Positions 18,857 to 29,451 of a stretch of 63,912 bases of DNA are shown here, in pieces. Source of the DNA: a virus (taxonomy: Duplodnaviria; Caudoviricetes); the IMG/VR virus record IMGVR_UViG_3300037484_000502, positions 1 to 63,912 of that record; one strand, given 5' to 3'. The notes beneath the pieces are model-generated. The model did no database searches. It had not been told where the DNA came from and saw only the letters and a list, made by a program, of their open reading frames with translations. A program made the position numbers and the translations under genes. Every line of letters begins with the position of its first letter. Positions within the stretch are counted from its first letter, which is position 1.

Positions 18857-21800
18857 TCAAGGCCGCAGATACCAGAGCACTTCTCGATTGATGGATCCGC
18901 CACCGGAACCGGGTACCATGCCTGCGCTTGGACCAACTGGCACCAACATAGCCGCTACCAAACCGGTGGGTGTCGGATTGGGTCCTGAGAATGGCGTTAC
19001 GTAGCTGGCTGGGCCCAACAGCCCAAGCACCCCAGCGACACCGCCAGATGCGTAGAGCACAGGTCCAAATCGTCCAGCACCCCGCCCAAAGTTCGAGGCG
19101 TACGGCGACGTAGGTGGAGTCATGTTCTCAGAGAACAGTGTCCCATCGAGGCCAATACCACTGGCCCCGGAGCCATCGCAGAACGACGCGATTTCTCCCC
19201 TGGACCCTCCGTCTTCGATCTGGAAGAAGTCCATCCGCTCGTAGAGCACATCAGGATCATCCGAAAACTTCCGTGCGAGGTACTTGTCCCGAAGGAAGTA
19301 GTTGGGGTTGGCCGGAATAGCTGGTGGGAAGGCTGGAGTCGGTCCACCATCCGCAGAGACCGTAGTGACCGTCGCCTGCCCAACGTGACTCATTGGAACG
19401 GGAGGTGTGCCCTCATTCAGGACTGTCTGCGACTCCGAGAGTGGTTGCCCCTGAAGGTATGTATTAGTGACGGGCTTGCCCGCAGCGAACACCACCGTAA
19501 CAGGGAACCCTGTGCTTGCCAGAGCCGTGGTGAGTGTGATTTCCTGGCTGTCCGTGTTAAAGGACCACGAACCCGCCGCAAGGGGCACGCCCTCCACAAT
19601 GACGACGAACACCCGATTGGCGTAGATGTGAGCCGGTCGCAGGCTCACCCGAGTGGGTGTGAGGCTAGCCACGATGACTTGCTCGGGAGACTTATCTTTC
19701 AGGAAGTCACCAGAGGTGATGACGTTCCACTGATTGAGCGCCATTCGCTGAGGCGCCCTGTAGTCCACCGAGGTGTGCGTGAAGACCCGGTACTGGACCT
19801 CGTTCCAGAACTGGAGTGTGGATGCGGCGGGATTCAGTGCTCCGAAGAATACACTTCCGAAACGGGTGTCACTCGTAGAGCGTGGGAGATTGGCGTACTC
19901 CACGCGCACCCAAGCCGCCGTGGGATCCAAGGACTGTGTCGCGAAGTCTCCTGTATATCCTGCGGGTGGCGCCAGATCCGGTCGGATGAGAACGGCTCCG
20001 AAGGTCGGGTCCACAAACAGACGTACCCAACACTCCACGGTCCAATCCATGTCTACGATGACAGAGGATGGATCCGAGTTCAGTACACTGAGGCCATCGG
20101 ACCGGGGGAGTGCCCAGTTATCAATGTCATACTGTGCACCACCCTTCCATAGGCCGAACGTGCGATGGATATTCGCAATCCCATCGAGCCCCTCCATGAA
20201 GCACAAGCTGCTCAGAGAGACCACAAACGAGGCATCCGTGTACGTCAGATACCCCAACTGAAGTCTGTCTGGGATGGGGAACGCTACGATGGGGAACGCT
20301 GCGTATGCCGCTGAGGTAGCGAACACATCATCCACATACAGGCTCACGAGATTGCCCGTGGGGTCTACGTCCAAGCGGTAAGTGCGCTTCGCTCCATCAC
20401 TCCAGGGAATTGCAGCACTTGCCAGAACAACTGGTCCCGACATGTCCATTAGGTTCACTACGTCAGGGCCGGTGAACGTAATGACAATGGAGCTGTTGCT
20501 GACCACCGCCCCAAAAAACAGACCCGTCTCTCCCGTACCACTGAGCGTGTAGGAGTCTATGGCAAGTCGGAACTCAAGGATTCGACCCAGGCTGACAGAC
20601 CCCAATGCGAGGGATTGAGTCAGTAGCCAACTGGTATCCCCCGAGCCCGATAGCAAAGTCTCCGGGCCGTTTGCATAGGGGGTACCCGGACCGTTTAGTG
20701 TCCAACCCTGTTCTGTGTATGAGGTCGCGCCCACCAGGGAGAACGAAGGCTGTGGTAGGATGACCTTCCCGCTTGCTCCCTTGTCCTGGAAGAGGATGTT
20801 CCCGAGCCGTGCCTCACGATGGGTGTCCATCATGGAGATGGCCGCACCGCCCGCTCCGCTGGTGTCCCTGTCTAGATAGAGCTTGGCGTCGAAGGCCGAG
20901 ACCCGCCTCCCGTTCAGGAAGGGATCGATTAGCCCATATCCGTAGGAGGTACCGAGGCTCTCTTCAGCGGGCGTTGCCGTGATTCGAAGGAGTCCACCGG
21001 ATGTGGCGGAGTCTCCGTAGGGAGTCGTGAGGAACCACTCGGCGTCCTCAGGATCTCCCGTCATTAGGGTGTCTACTACGGTGCCCCGAGAAAAGCGTGT
21101 GCCCCCGTCAGGCGTCGAGAGGTAGCGAACGAAGTCCCACTGGACCTTGTTCGTGGCCTGACGGCTGAATGAGCCCCACAGGTACCGACCAGACCCCGAC
21201 GGTAGAACATCGGGCCCCAAGTACGCTGGTGAGGCCAGAACCGGCCCACCAGAAACCGTGGCGAGGGTGCCGCCAGTCGCGCCGCCGAATACGAGTTGAA
21301 CTCCGTCGTTGAGAGTACTTACATAGAGTCGCCATGTACACTGTCCTGTATCCCACGCTGTCTCAAAAACGATGTCTGCGTACTTGTTGCCAATGAGCGC
21401 TGGGTTTGCGGGGAACGTCTCCACGATGGAGATCGTCACCACGCTACTGACTGTATCGATGGAAACCTCATCGACAGTGTAGACGCCTGTCTGACTCCCT
21501 GTGAGAATCTGAAACCGTTGACCACTGGCCAGGAGCTTGGGGGCTTGGGCTACAGAGCACGTCACAATCTTCGTAGATTGGATCGTGCCGTTTGCGTACG
21601 GCCCCACGATCCACGAACTCTGCGCGCTGATCTCCCCAGGTCGAGCCAGAAGGCCAATGTGCTTGAGTCCGTTGACCACAAGGGCGCCAGCCAGGTACAA
21701 GCGCCGATCGTTGTGGAAACCGAAGCCCACGCCGGTGAACACACCATCGAGGGCGTAGCTCTCTACCTGGAAGCGGGCCGCAGTACCCACAACCGACGCC

Positions 21801-24013
21801 GTAGGCAGCTCGAAGTCCTGACTCCAGTAGCCAACTTGCGTTGTGCTCGTAGTTTCAAGGGTGTAGCGATCTCCATCCGAGGAGCCCACGATGCTGCCAG
21901 TAACTGCCCAGGGAGTCGCGGGCCCCTCCGTACCCTCGTACTGGACAGTCGTGGAGGTCACGTCAGCTTCTGCGTACGGAACCGAGACGCGACCGGGTGC
22001 TGCGTTGAGGAGGAAGGTCGTGGGGCTGTTGAGAGCCGCCGTGTACGCACGCTCGAAGGCGATGTACCTGTGGGCAATCTTGACGGGGGGCTTGCGTGTA
22101 GGGAACCTACCAAGGGCGAAGGACAGTGGGAACTTGGAAGTCCGGTACCCTCCCCATAGGCCACCGCTGGTAGGTGACGTGGCCGTACGGCCGCTTGCCA
22201 GGCTCCACCGATTGAGTGTCATGCCCTTCGTGTTGAGCCCGGTAAATCCCATCAGGGGAGCAGGAAACCACCTGTACGTGACCGTGACTGTGTGCGCTCC
22301 GACCGCGAACCGGACGATAGGCGCAGCCAGAGTGATCTCCCCCGTGTATGGGTTCACGTCTGATACCGCGACGGGTGTCCCGTCGTAAAGGACCGTTACG
22401 TCCATACGCGTGGCTGGTGTGGCATCTCCCCAGCGACGTACGAGGGGACCACGCGCCGTGAAGAGAGCTGTGGAGCCACCTGCGGGGGGTGAGTAGAACT
22501 GGGAGGTGACGTTCTCGTTCGTGACCTCCACGGAGGAGCGAACACCCAGCCGATCAACCTCGACCGTGTACTGTATCCCGCTGCCCGCAAGTGGAAAGCG
22601 TGGATTGACGACACGCACGAAGCACATTGCCGGACGCACTTCGGTAGCGGGCCCGGTAGCTATGCCCAGTGGGCCACCGTCGGGTCCCAGAAGGGTCTCA
22701 AGAAGATAGCTGCCCGCGTTGGGGCCCGTGGCGAGTGTCAGAATCTCTCCGGGTACGGCGCCCGCCCAATCCTGAAGGTCATCTACCAGGGCCCCATCCA
22801 CGACGGTGACGGTGCCAGTGAGTCCCGTGGGGGACGTGGTGTACGCTCGTGCAACAGGATCCGACCCGAAGGGAAAATCGAGTACCTCAGTGATTAGGTA
22901 CCGACCGGCATTGGCTCCTACCGTGATGAGCAGCGGAGCCCCCACGCGTACCGATCGAAAGCTCAGTGTGTCATTGAGCGTGTATCGGTCGCTGAGGATG
23001 ACTCCCGTGCTGGAGGAAATCTCCTTGATGCCAGAGCAGTACTTGCGGAAGTCGTCGTAGTAGTAGGCTTGGAGCCCCACTTCCAGATGGTCGTCTGAGA
23101 AAACTTCAGAATACGTCTCGCGAAAGAGATTGCGGTACTCGAAGAGCGTGTGTGCAGGCCGCAGAGCCCTGAGGACAATCCCAACGTTCGTCGCAAGGAC
23201 GAGGGGTAGGTCCGCAAAGTCGGAAAGAAGGTCATGCGTGTGGGAGGCTAGCGCTGGTGGGCCGACAATTGCCGTGGAGTCCTCTACCAGAAATCCGGCG
23301 ATCGTGTGCGTGTGGTCCGGACCCGAACCATCATCCCAGGTGGTGCCCGTCGTCTCCCCGTCGCCCGCAGCGTTGATCGAAACCGTGTGATAGTGAACGT
23401 CTGTCCCGGCGGCAGTCGTACGCCTGTGCTTCGAAACATTGACCTCAAAGGTGAATCGATCCTTGAGGGTCCAACCCACGCCAGGCTGACCAATGTAGGA
23501 GAATTTCTCCAACACAGAGACTTCGGCGTCAGTCAGTGCCTCAACACCCTCCAGCAGAACCGCGGTCTTGCTCCCTCGAAGAAGCAGTGTCACCATCTTC
23601 CGCAGGAACTCGCGGTACGTGATGTCCCCGCTGATGACGGGAAGGCCCGTGGTTTCAGACGTGGGGAAGATCAGGGAGGCGAGAAACTGAAAGAGGACTT
23701 CTGGGCGTGTGAAGTCGTAATCCGTGTCCTCGAAGGCATCCTCTGCGCTGACTTGGATGCGGGCCAGCTCCTCGCTGATCGCCTGAAACTGCTGGACGTA
23801 GCTCGGACCTTTGGTCTGCGAGACGTAGTTCGAGGGCAGCGAATTGAGAAAAACAAGCGTGATTTGGTCGGCGACTGCACGAACTCGCGACTCATCTACC
23901 TGCCCTTCCTGGTCGAAAGGGGCCGGATTCTGCGGCTCTGGGCCAGTGACGCTCGCAGGCAGGACCGTGACTAGGCCGTCTTCAGCCCGGGACTTGGGGG
24001 TGGTGTCGGCCAT
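18857..24013 (-). CDS. large baseplate wedge / tail protein (gp7/tail protein I-like N-terminus)
   Basis: LPSNY..YREFLR..LLRGS and LRPAHT motifs; next same-strand gene after baseplate J-like if the CRISPR locus is removed. Confidence 0.75.
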   Translation of the reverse strand: MADTTPKSRAEDGLVTVLPASVTGPEPQNPAPFDQEGQVDESRVRAVADQITLVFLNSLPSNYVSQTKGPSYVQQFQAISEELARIQVSAEDAFEDTDYDFTRPEVLFQFLASLIFPTSETTGLPVISGDITYREFLRKMVTLLLRGSKTAVLLEGVEALTDAEVSVLEKFSYIGQPGVGWTLKDRFTFEVNVSKHRRTTAAGTDVHYHTVSINAAGDGETTGTTWDDGSGPDHTHTIAGFLVEDSTAIVGPPALASHTHDLLSDFADLPLVLATNVGIVLRALRPAHTLFEYRNLFRETYSEVFSDDHLEVGLQAYYYDDFRKYCSGIKEISSSTGVILSDRYTLNDTLSFRSVRVGAPLLITVGANAGRYLITEVLDFPFGSDPVARAYTTSPTGLTGTVTVVDGALVDDLQDWAGAVPGEILTLATGPNAGSYLLETLLGPDGGPLGIATGPATEVRPAMCFVRVVNPRFPLAGSGIQYTVEVDRLGVRSSVEVTNENVTSQFYSPPAGGSTALFTARGPLVRRWGDATPATRMDVTVLYDGTPVAVSDVNPYTGEITLAAPIVRFAVGAHTVTVTYRWFPAPLMGFTGLNTKGMTLNRWSLASGRTATSPTSGGLWGGYRTSKFPLSFALGRFPTRKPPVKIAHRYIAFERAYTAALNSPTTFLLNAAPGRVSVPYAEADVTSTTVQYEGTEGPATPWAVTGSIVGSSDGDRYTLETTSTTQVGYWSQDFELPTASVVGTAARFQVESYALDGVFTGVGFGFHNDRRLYLAGALVVNGLKHIGLLARPGEISAQSSWIVGPYANGTIQSTKIVTCSVAQAPKLLASGQRFQILTGSQTGVYTVDEVSIDTVSSVVTISIVETFPANPALIGNKYADIVFETAWDTGQCTWRLYVSTLNDGVQLVFGGATGGTLATVSGGPVLASPAYLGPDVLPSGSGRYLWGSFSRQATNKVQWDFVRYLSTPDGGTRFSRGTVVDTLMTGDPEDAEWFLTTPYGDSATSGGLLRITATPAEESLGTSYGYGLIDPFLNGRRVSAFDAKLYLDRDTSGAGGAAISMMDTHREARLGNILFQDKGASGKVILPQPSFSLVGATSYTEQGWTLNGPGTPYANGPETLLSGSGDTSWLLTQSLALGSVSLGRILEFRLAIDSYTLSGTGETGLFFGAVVSNSSIVITFTGPDVVNLMDMSGPVVLASAAIPWSDGAKRTYRLDVDPTGNLVSLYVDDVFATSAAYAAFPIVAFPIPDRLQLGYLTYTDASFVVSLSSLCFMEGLDGIANIHRTFGLWKGGAQYDIDNWALPRSDGLSVLNSDPSSVIVDMDWTVECWVRLFVDPTFGAVLIRPDLAPPAGYTGDFATQSLDPTAAWVRVEYANLPRSTSDTRFGSVFFGALNPAASTLQFWNEVQYRVFTHTSVDYRAPQRMALNQWNVITSGDFLKDKSPEQVIVASLTPTRVSLRPAHIYANRVFVVIVEGVPLAAGSWSFNTDSQEITLTTALASTGFPVTVVFAAGKPVTNTYLQGQPLSESQTVLNEGTPPVPMSHVGQATVTTVSADGGPTPAFPPAIPANPNYFLRDKYLARKFSDDPDVLYERMDFFQIEDGGSRGEIASFCDGSGASGIGLDGTLFSENMTPPTSPYASNFGRGAGRFGPVLYASGGVAGVLGLLGPASYVTPFSGPNPTPTGLVAAMLVPVGPSAGMVPGSGGGSINREVLWYLRP

Positions 24014-24046
24014 CGTTCCACCCTACGGCGGTCAAAGGTGGATTAC

Positions 24047-25470
24047 CGCCCATCCCCGTTTGCACGGGGGATACCAACCAACGCCCGGTTGACCAATGAA
24101 GGCGAACGGTTCATCCCCGCTTGCACGGGGATACTCCTCGACCAGCTCGTCTCTGAGACCGCCGAGGGGTCCATCCCCGCTTGCGCGGGGGATACTCAGG
24201 TATCTGAGGGCAGCCCCCGCCTTATCGAGGTCCATCCCCGCTTGCGCGGGGGATACCCATTGACGTAATAATTTCCGTACCCGTCGGAAGGTCCATCCCC
24301 GCTTGCGCGGGGGATACGTCTCCGCAAACGTTGTGGTGCCCAAGATGGCAGGTCCATCCCCGCTTGCGCGGGGGATACCGACGAGAGCTGTTCGGTGGAC
24401 GTGGAGCCACTGGTCCATCCCCGCTTGCGCGGGGGATACCGGGAGTGCGACGTGCAACAGCAGCGGCTCAGGGGTCCATCCCCGCTTGCGCGGGGGATAC
24501 CCTTGCACCGCCTCGGCCCCTTCGAGAGATCGAGGTCCATCCCCGCTTGCGCGGGGGATACGTGGGATTCGGAGCGACCGCTCGTAGCTCTTCAGGTCCA
24601 TCCCCGCTTGCGCGGGGGATACGAATCGTGGAACTTGCTACCGATGCCGAGACCGGGTCCATCCCCGCTTGCGCGGGGGATACCCTACTTCCGTCTCTAC
24701 CCACACGGCCGCATAGGGTCCATCCCCGCTTGCGCGGGGGATACTAGCATGCCTTGGCCAGGTCCATGTCTACGTAGGGTCCATCCCCGCTTGCGCGGGG
24801 GATACGTCACGTCCAGGCCACAGGACCCTACTAGACGGGGTCCATCCCCGCTTGCGCGGGGGATACGACGCCACGCACCCAGATAGTTCTGTAGGGCAGG
24901 GTCCATCCCCGCTTGCGCGGGGGATACTAGGCTGTGCAGACCGACGGTAGTAGAGGTGGAGGTCCATCCCCGCTTGCGCGGGGGATACCTGGGCAGCCGC
25001 TACCTGAGGGCACGATCAGAAGGTCCATCCCCGCTTGCGCGGGGGATACTCACCGTGAAATTTACCCGCGAGGAGTACTCCATCCCCGCTTGCGCGGGGG
25101 ATACGCCGCTGCCTGCTGTGCACGGGTCAGGACTGAGGGTCCATCCCCGCTTGCGCGGGGGATACCACGGGCGTACGCTTCCGCCGATCACCCGCATGGG
25201 TCCATCCCCGCTTGCGCGGGGGATACAATACGATGCCCCTGGTGCAACTGCTGCCCGGAGGTCCATCCCCGCTTGCGCGGGGGATACTCCTTAGTGGTAA
25301 GCGCCCATGCGTGTTCACGCGGTCCATCCCCGCTTGCGCGGGGGATACGCGGCGTGACGTAAGTGCCAGGCGCTACATGGAGGTCCATCCCCGCTTGCGC
25401 GGGGGATACAGGGAGGCGGGTAGCTGGTAGGTCGTCGCTGCAGGTCCATCCCCGCTTGCGCGGGGGATAC
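24047..25470 (-). CRISPR. type I-E CRISPR array 1: 24 repeats / 23 spacers; repeat GTATCCCCCGCGCAAGCGGGGATGGACC
   Basis: 28-nt repeat, 61-nt period; leader on right, degenerate repeats at left end; one unit shortened by 6 nt near 25050-25104. Confidence 0.98.
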
Positions 25471-25541
25471 TCTGCGACAACTTGTCGCAGGAAAGAAGTC
25501 TGATTCAGTTTTCAGAGATGGAGTCGAGACCCCCTTACTCC
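25471..25541 (-). promoter_or_regulatory. CRISPR leader 1
   Basis: Shares 21-nt TCCATCTCTGAAAACTGAATC and the palindrome CTGCGACA-N3-TGTCGCAG with leader 2; GGAGTAAG (minus, 25534-25541) resembles the promoter motif. Confidence 0.85.
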
Positions 25542-25552
25542 TTTTTCCCGGG

Positions 25553-25560
25553 GGCGTAAG
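25553..25560 (+). promoter_or_regulatory. GGCGTAAG motif 6 nt before cas1 ATG
   Basis: Recurrent motif; no SD before cas1. Confidence 0.55.
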
Positions 25561-25566
25561 TAGTTC

Positions 25567-26463
25567 ATGTTTCTGAAAGGTCGCCTTGGAATCGATGGGG
25601 CGCAGATTGCGCAGGCGGATCGCCATGGGGTACTTTGGTTGGGTCGTGGGATCCTGGATGTTCGGGATGGTGTCGCACGATTCGTGACTGTGGGAACAGA
25701 ATGGCTCCCGGCGGGGGATTACGCAATTCCATTTCAACAATTGTCGTGCGTGGTTTTGGGGCCCGGTACCTCTATTACGCACGATGTACTTAGGATCTTT
25801 GCGGCCCACGGAACTGGTTTGGTAATGACTGGTGAGGATGGGGTGAAGTTCTATGCCAGTATGCCATTTGGCCCGGATGACTCCAGGCGGGCTAGAAGAC
25901 AGGTCGCGATATGGTCAGATGAATCAAAGAGATCACTCCTGGTGAGACGAATGTATGCCTGGCGTATGGGAGAAATCTTCCCAGATGCAAGTCTCGATGT
26001 TCTTCGTGGGATGGAGGGTGCACGAGTGAAGGCATCCTATGAGCATCTAGCACACGCTCACGGAATTACTTGGAAGGGGAGGCAATACGACCGCGGTGAC
26101 CCCGAATCCGCAGATCACCCCAACCAAGCGATAAATCACGCATCCACAGCAGTCAACGCATGTGCAATGGTCGCAACGGCTGTGACTGGCACCATCCCTC
26201 AACTGGGATTCATCCATGAGACGAGTGGTAATGCACTCTGTCTCGATGTTGCGGATATGTTCCGGGAATCTGCGACAGTACCGACGGCATTTGCAGCAGT
26301 GAAAGAGCACCAGAAGGCACCTGATAAGTCACTTGAACGCACAGTGCGTAAGTTCGTGGGAAAGCTGGCACGGAGAACACAGCTTGTTGCTCAGATGATT
26401 GACAAGATCAAGGAGATGTTTGATGGGTGCGACAACGATTCTAGTGACGAGAAACGTACGTGA
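25567..26463 (+). CDS. cas1: type I-E CRISPR integrase Cas1
   Basis: LGPGTSITHD, LRGMEGARVK, LGFIH, LDVADMFR; catalytic E/H/D present. Confidence 0.97.
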   Translation: MFLKGRLGIDGAQIAQADRHGVLWLGRGILDVRDGVARFVTVGTEWLPAGDYAIPFQQLSCVVLGPGTSITHDVLRIFAAHGTGLVMTGEDGVKFYASMPFGPDDSRRARRQVAIWSDESKRSLLVRRMYAWRMGEIFPDASLDVLRGMEGARVKASYEHLAHAHGITWKGRQYDRGDPESADHPNQAINHASTAVNACAMVATAVTGTIPQLGFIHETSGNALCLDVADMFRESATVPTAFAAVKEHQKAPDKSLERTVRKFVGKLARRTQLVAQMIDKIKEMFDGCDNDSSDEKRT

Positions 26464-26770
26464 CCGCTTTCGTGGATTCCTTGCATCATGTACCTGTGAG
26501 GTGGCACCTGGAGTGTACCTCGGTTTCGATATGAACTCTAGGGTACGAGAACGTGTGTGGGATGTTCTTGAATCGTGGTGGCAACTTGGGGACGACGCCA
26601 GCGTTGTTATGGCATGGCCCAAAGCTGATGCACCTGGAGGTATGCGTGTCAAAACTCTCGGTGTCCCACCCGTTGAACTTGTCGAGATTGATGATTTGAT
26701 ACTAACACGTCGGGATGCGGATGCAGAACAACGAACTGTTCTGACGAAGCGGCTGGGCGTAAGAACCTGA
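26423..26770 (+). CDS. cas2: type I-E Cas2
   Basis: RFRGFLAS..EVAPGVY..RVRERVW; follows cas1; start approximate. Confidence 0.93.
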   Translation: MGATTILVTRNVRDRFRGFLASCTCEVAPGVYLGFDMNSRVRERVWDVLESWWQLGDDASVVMAWPKADAPGGMRVKTLGVPPVELVEIDDLILTRRDADAEQRTVLTKRLGVRT

Positions 26771-29451
26771 TGCGAGGAACACCAACGACATTTTGGGGGA
26801 AGCTGACGAGAAACGCGGCTGGAGAAGTCACCGATTGGCATCCCCTGGTTGCCCATTGCGCTGATGTGGCTGCTGTTGTGGAGGCCCTGCTCACAAGAAC
26901 GATCCTTGGTATCAGATTTGCCCATATTTTGGGTATGGGTACCCTCGACAGATGCACCATAGCAAAGTTGTGTGTCCTTGCTGCACTCCACGATATCGGA
27001 AAATTTAATCATGGATTTCAAGCAAAATCCCTACCCCTGGGTAGCAAGGTAGAACGTAGGGGACACACCACTGAAGGTTTGTCACTTTTCAATCCACCGG
27101 GACCAGATCCTGAGATTCTTGCTCTGCAAGAGCGCCTCCCTCTTGCGGATTTCAAAATGTGGGGGGAAGAAGAGAGCATCGGGCTTCTTCTTGCTTCAAT
27201 CAGTCATCACGGTAGGCCGGGGGATGTGGATGCAGCTCGATTTGAACGGGAGATTTGGCGCCCTCGGGGTGGGAAGGATCCAGGTGAGGGCCTTGGCCTT
27301 CTTGTCTCCCACATCAAGGGATGGTTTCCGGAGGCATTCTCCGGTGTTGGGACACTCCCATCCGCACCGGCTTTTCAACACGCCTATGCGGGGCTCGTCA
27401 TGCTTGCAGACTGGGTTGGATCGGATAGTTCGGAGGGGGCATTCCGATACCAAACAGATCTGGATCCTTCTGACCGCATGGTGTTCTCCAGGGCGCAAGC
27501 TGCTAAGTCCCTAGTTGCACTAGGTCTCGATGTAGAAACCTACCGAACCTCCCTTGGTATTGAGACCCCCAAATTCGGGAACATTTGGACACCATATCAA
27601 CCCAACAGTGCCCAACAGGCTGTGATTGATCTCCGCTTGGCACTCAAGTCGGGCATGCTGTCGTTGCTTGAGTCAGAAACAGGATCCGGCAAAACAGAAG
27701 CGGCGATCATCCACTTCCTGAGACTTTTTCATCTGGGTCTTGTGGACGGCTTGTACTTTGCGTTACCTACCAGAACAGCTGCAACACAGATTCACAAGCG
27801 AGTAGTGGATGCTGTTGCGAAAGCTTTCCCGGATAGTGTGTGTCGGCCACCAGTCGTACTTGCAGTACCTGGGTATCTTCGCATAGATGAAATCGAGGGC
27901 AGGAAGCTTCTACCTGGGTTTGAGGTTCTATGGAACGATGACCCACTTAGGGCTCAACGGTATAGGGGGTGGGCTGCCGAACTCCCGAAGCGTTTTTTAG
28001 CCGGGGCTATTGCTGTCGGGACCATTGACCAGGCATTACTTTCGGCACTGCAAGTAGACCATGCCCATCTTCGATCTACAGCACTGTTGAGGCATCTTCT
28101 CGTAGTCGATGAAGTCCATGCCTCGGATGCATACGGAACGAGACTCCTCACGGAAGTTTTGGGCACACACCTATCGGCCGGTGGTCATGCATTGCTGCTC
28201 TCTGCAACACTTGGGACAGAGGCTCGAACCAGACTTTTCACACCTCAGGATGCACCACCCCAAAAACCGCCCCCTCTCTCGGAGGCCAAACTTGCTCCGT
28301 ACCCAGCACTCACTACTCGTATTGAGGGTGAGACTGAGGTGGTTGTACGCACAATCAAAGTCTCCTCAACTTCAGTGCCCAAGTATGTGATGCCAGACCT
28401 GCGCCCTTGGATCCGCGATCCCTCAAAGATCATTGCCGAAGCACTTGAAGCAGCTAGAAGAGGAGCACGCATCATCATCCTGCGAAACACTGTGGGTGAC
28501 TGTGTTGCGACACAAAAGGCTCTCGAAACAGCGGTAGCTGCTAGTGGGGAGGGTCATTTGCTCTTTAGGTGCAAGGGCGTTTCGGCCCCCCACCATTCCC
28601 GCTTCGCCCGTGAGGATAGGAACGATCTTGACGTTGCGATTGGGGAGTCCTTCGGTAGAAATGGGAAACACCACTTTGGGATGATTGCGGTTACGACTCA
28701 GACCATACAACAAAGTCTCGATTTGGATGCCGACCTACTCATTACTGATTTGTGCCCCATGGACATACTGCTCCAGCGTATTGGGCGTCTTCATAGGCAC
28801 CCAATACGAGTAAGGCCCGAGGGATATGGGAAGCCACGAGTGGTTGTGCTTGTCCCTACGGACCGTAATCTAGGCAAACTGATTGGTCCCAAAGGTGAGG
28901 CGCGTGGAAGACATGGGTTTGGCCGTGTGTATGAAGATCTACGCATCCTGGAAGCAACGTGGAGACTGCTGGAAACTGAGAGTGTCCTGGAGATTCCGAC
29001 GATGAACCGGCACCTCGTTGAACACACCACCCATCCTGAGGCACTTGGTGCAATCGTGCGTGAACTTGGGGGCGTGTGGCCTGTGCACCAGATAAGGGTT
29101 GACGGGATCCGACTAGCTAGCAGCGGTGTGGCAATGCTCAATCTAGTCAGACGTGATCAACCCTTTGGTGAGCTTGCAACATGTTTCCCGAGCAAAGGGG
29201 AGGACAGTCGTCGCATCCCCACTCGCTTGGGGGAAGGGGATCGCAGGTTGGTGTTCCAGGACTCCTTTGAGAGCCCGTTTGGGCATTGGATTCGAGAACT
29301 GAGCGTGCAAGGGTGGCTCGCTGATGGGGCGGCTTCCGATGGGGCTGCGATAGTTATGGGGGTAAGTGGGGAATCGACTCTAATCTCGTCTGGGGATGCG
29401 ATTTTTGTCTACGATCGGCTGGGACTGCGTAAAGGAGACAACGCACTGTGA
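26770..29451 (+). CDS. cas3: Cas3 HD nuclease-helicase
   Basis: LVAHCADVAAV, LHDIGK, SHHG, LADWVGS; TGSGKTE, DEVH, SAT, QRIGRLHRH. Confidence 0.97.
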   Translation: MRGTPTTFWGKLTRNAAGEVTDWHPLVAHCADVAAVVEALLTRTILGIRFAHILGMGTLDRCTIAKLCVLAALHDIGKFNHGFQAKSLPLGSKVERRGHTTEGLSLFNPPGPDPEILALQERLPLADFKMWGEEESIGLLLASISHHGRPGDVDAARFEREIWRPRGGKDPGEGLGLLVSHIKGWFPEAFSGVGTLPSAPAFQHAYAGLVMLADWVGSDSSEGAFRYQTDLDPSDRMVFSRAQAAKSLVALGLDVETYRTSLGIETPKFGNIWTPYQPNSAQQAVIDLRLALKSGMLSLLESETGSGKTEAAIIHFLRLFHLGLVDGLYFALPTRTAATQIHKRVVDAVAKAFPDSVCRPPVVLAVPGYLRIDEIEGRKLLPGFEVLWNDDPLRAQRYRGWAAELPKRFLAGAIAVGTIDQALLSALQVDHAHLRSTALLRHLLVVDEVHASDAYGTRLLTEVLGTHLSAGGHALLLSATLGTEARTRLFTPQDAPPQKPPPLSEAKLAPYPALTTRIEGETEVVVRTIKVSSTSVPKYVMPDLRPWIRDPSKIIAEALEAARRGARIIILRNTVGDCVATQKALETAVAASGEGHLLFRCKGVSAPHHSRFAREDRNDLDVAIGESFGRNGKHHFGMIAVTTQTIQQSLDLDADLLITDLCPMDILLQRIGRLHRHPIRVRPEGYGKPRVVVLVPTDRNLGKLIGPKGEARGRHGFGRVYEDLRILEATWRLLETESVLEIPTMNRHLVEHTTHPEALGAIVRELGGVWPVHQIRVDGIRLASSGVAMLNLVRRDQPFGELATCFPSKGEDSRRIPTRLGEGDRRLVFQDSFESPFGHWIRELSVQGWLADGAASDGAAIVMGVSGESTLISSGDAIFVYDRLGLRKGDNAL

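Noticed and set aside
24318-24350. Partial similarity of this spacer to 12980-12995 (possible self-targeting)
   Set aside because: About 14/16 nt only, expected by chance; no full self-match noticed by eye, though the search was not exhaustive
24032-25809. Many ORF-track ORFs over array 1 (and 34119-36058 over array 2)
   Set aside because: Artefacts of stop-poor CRISPR repeats; translations are just repeat peptides
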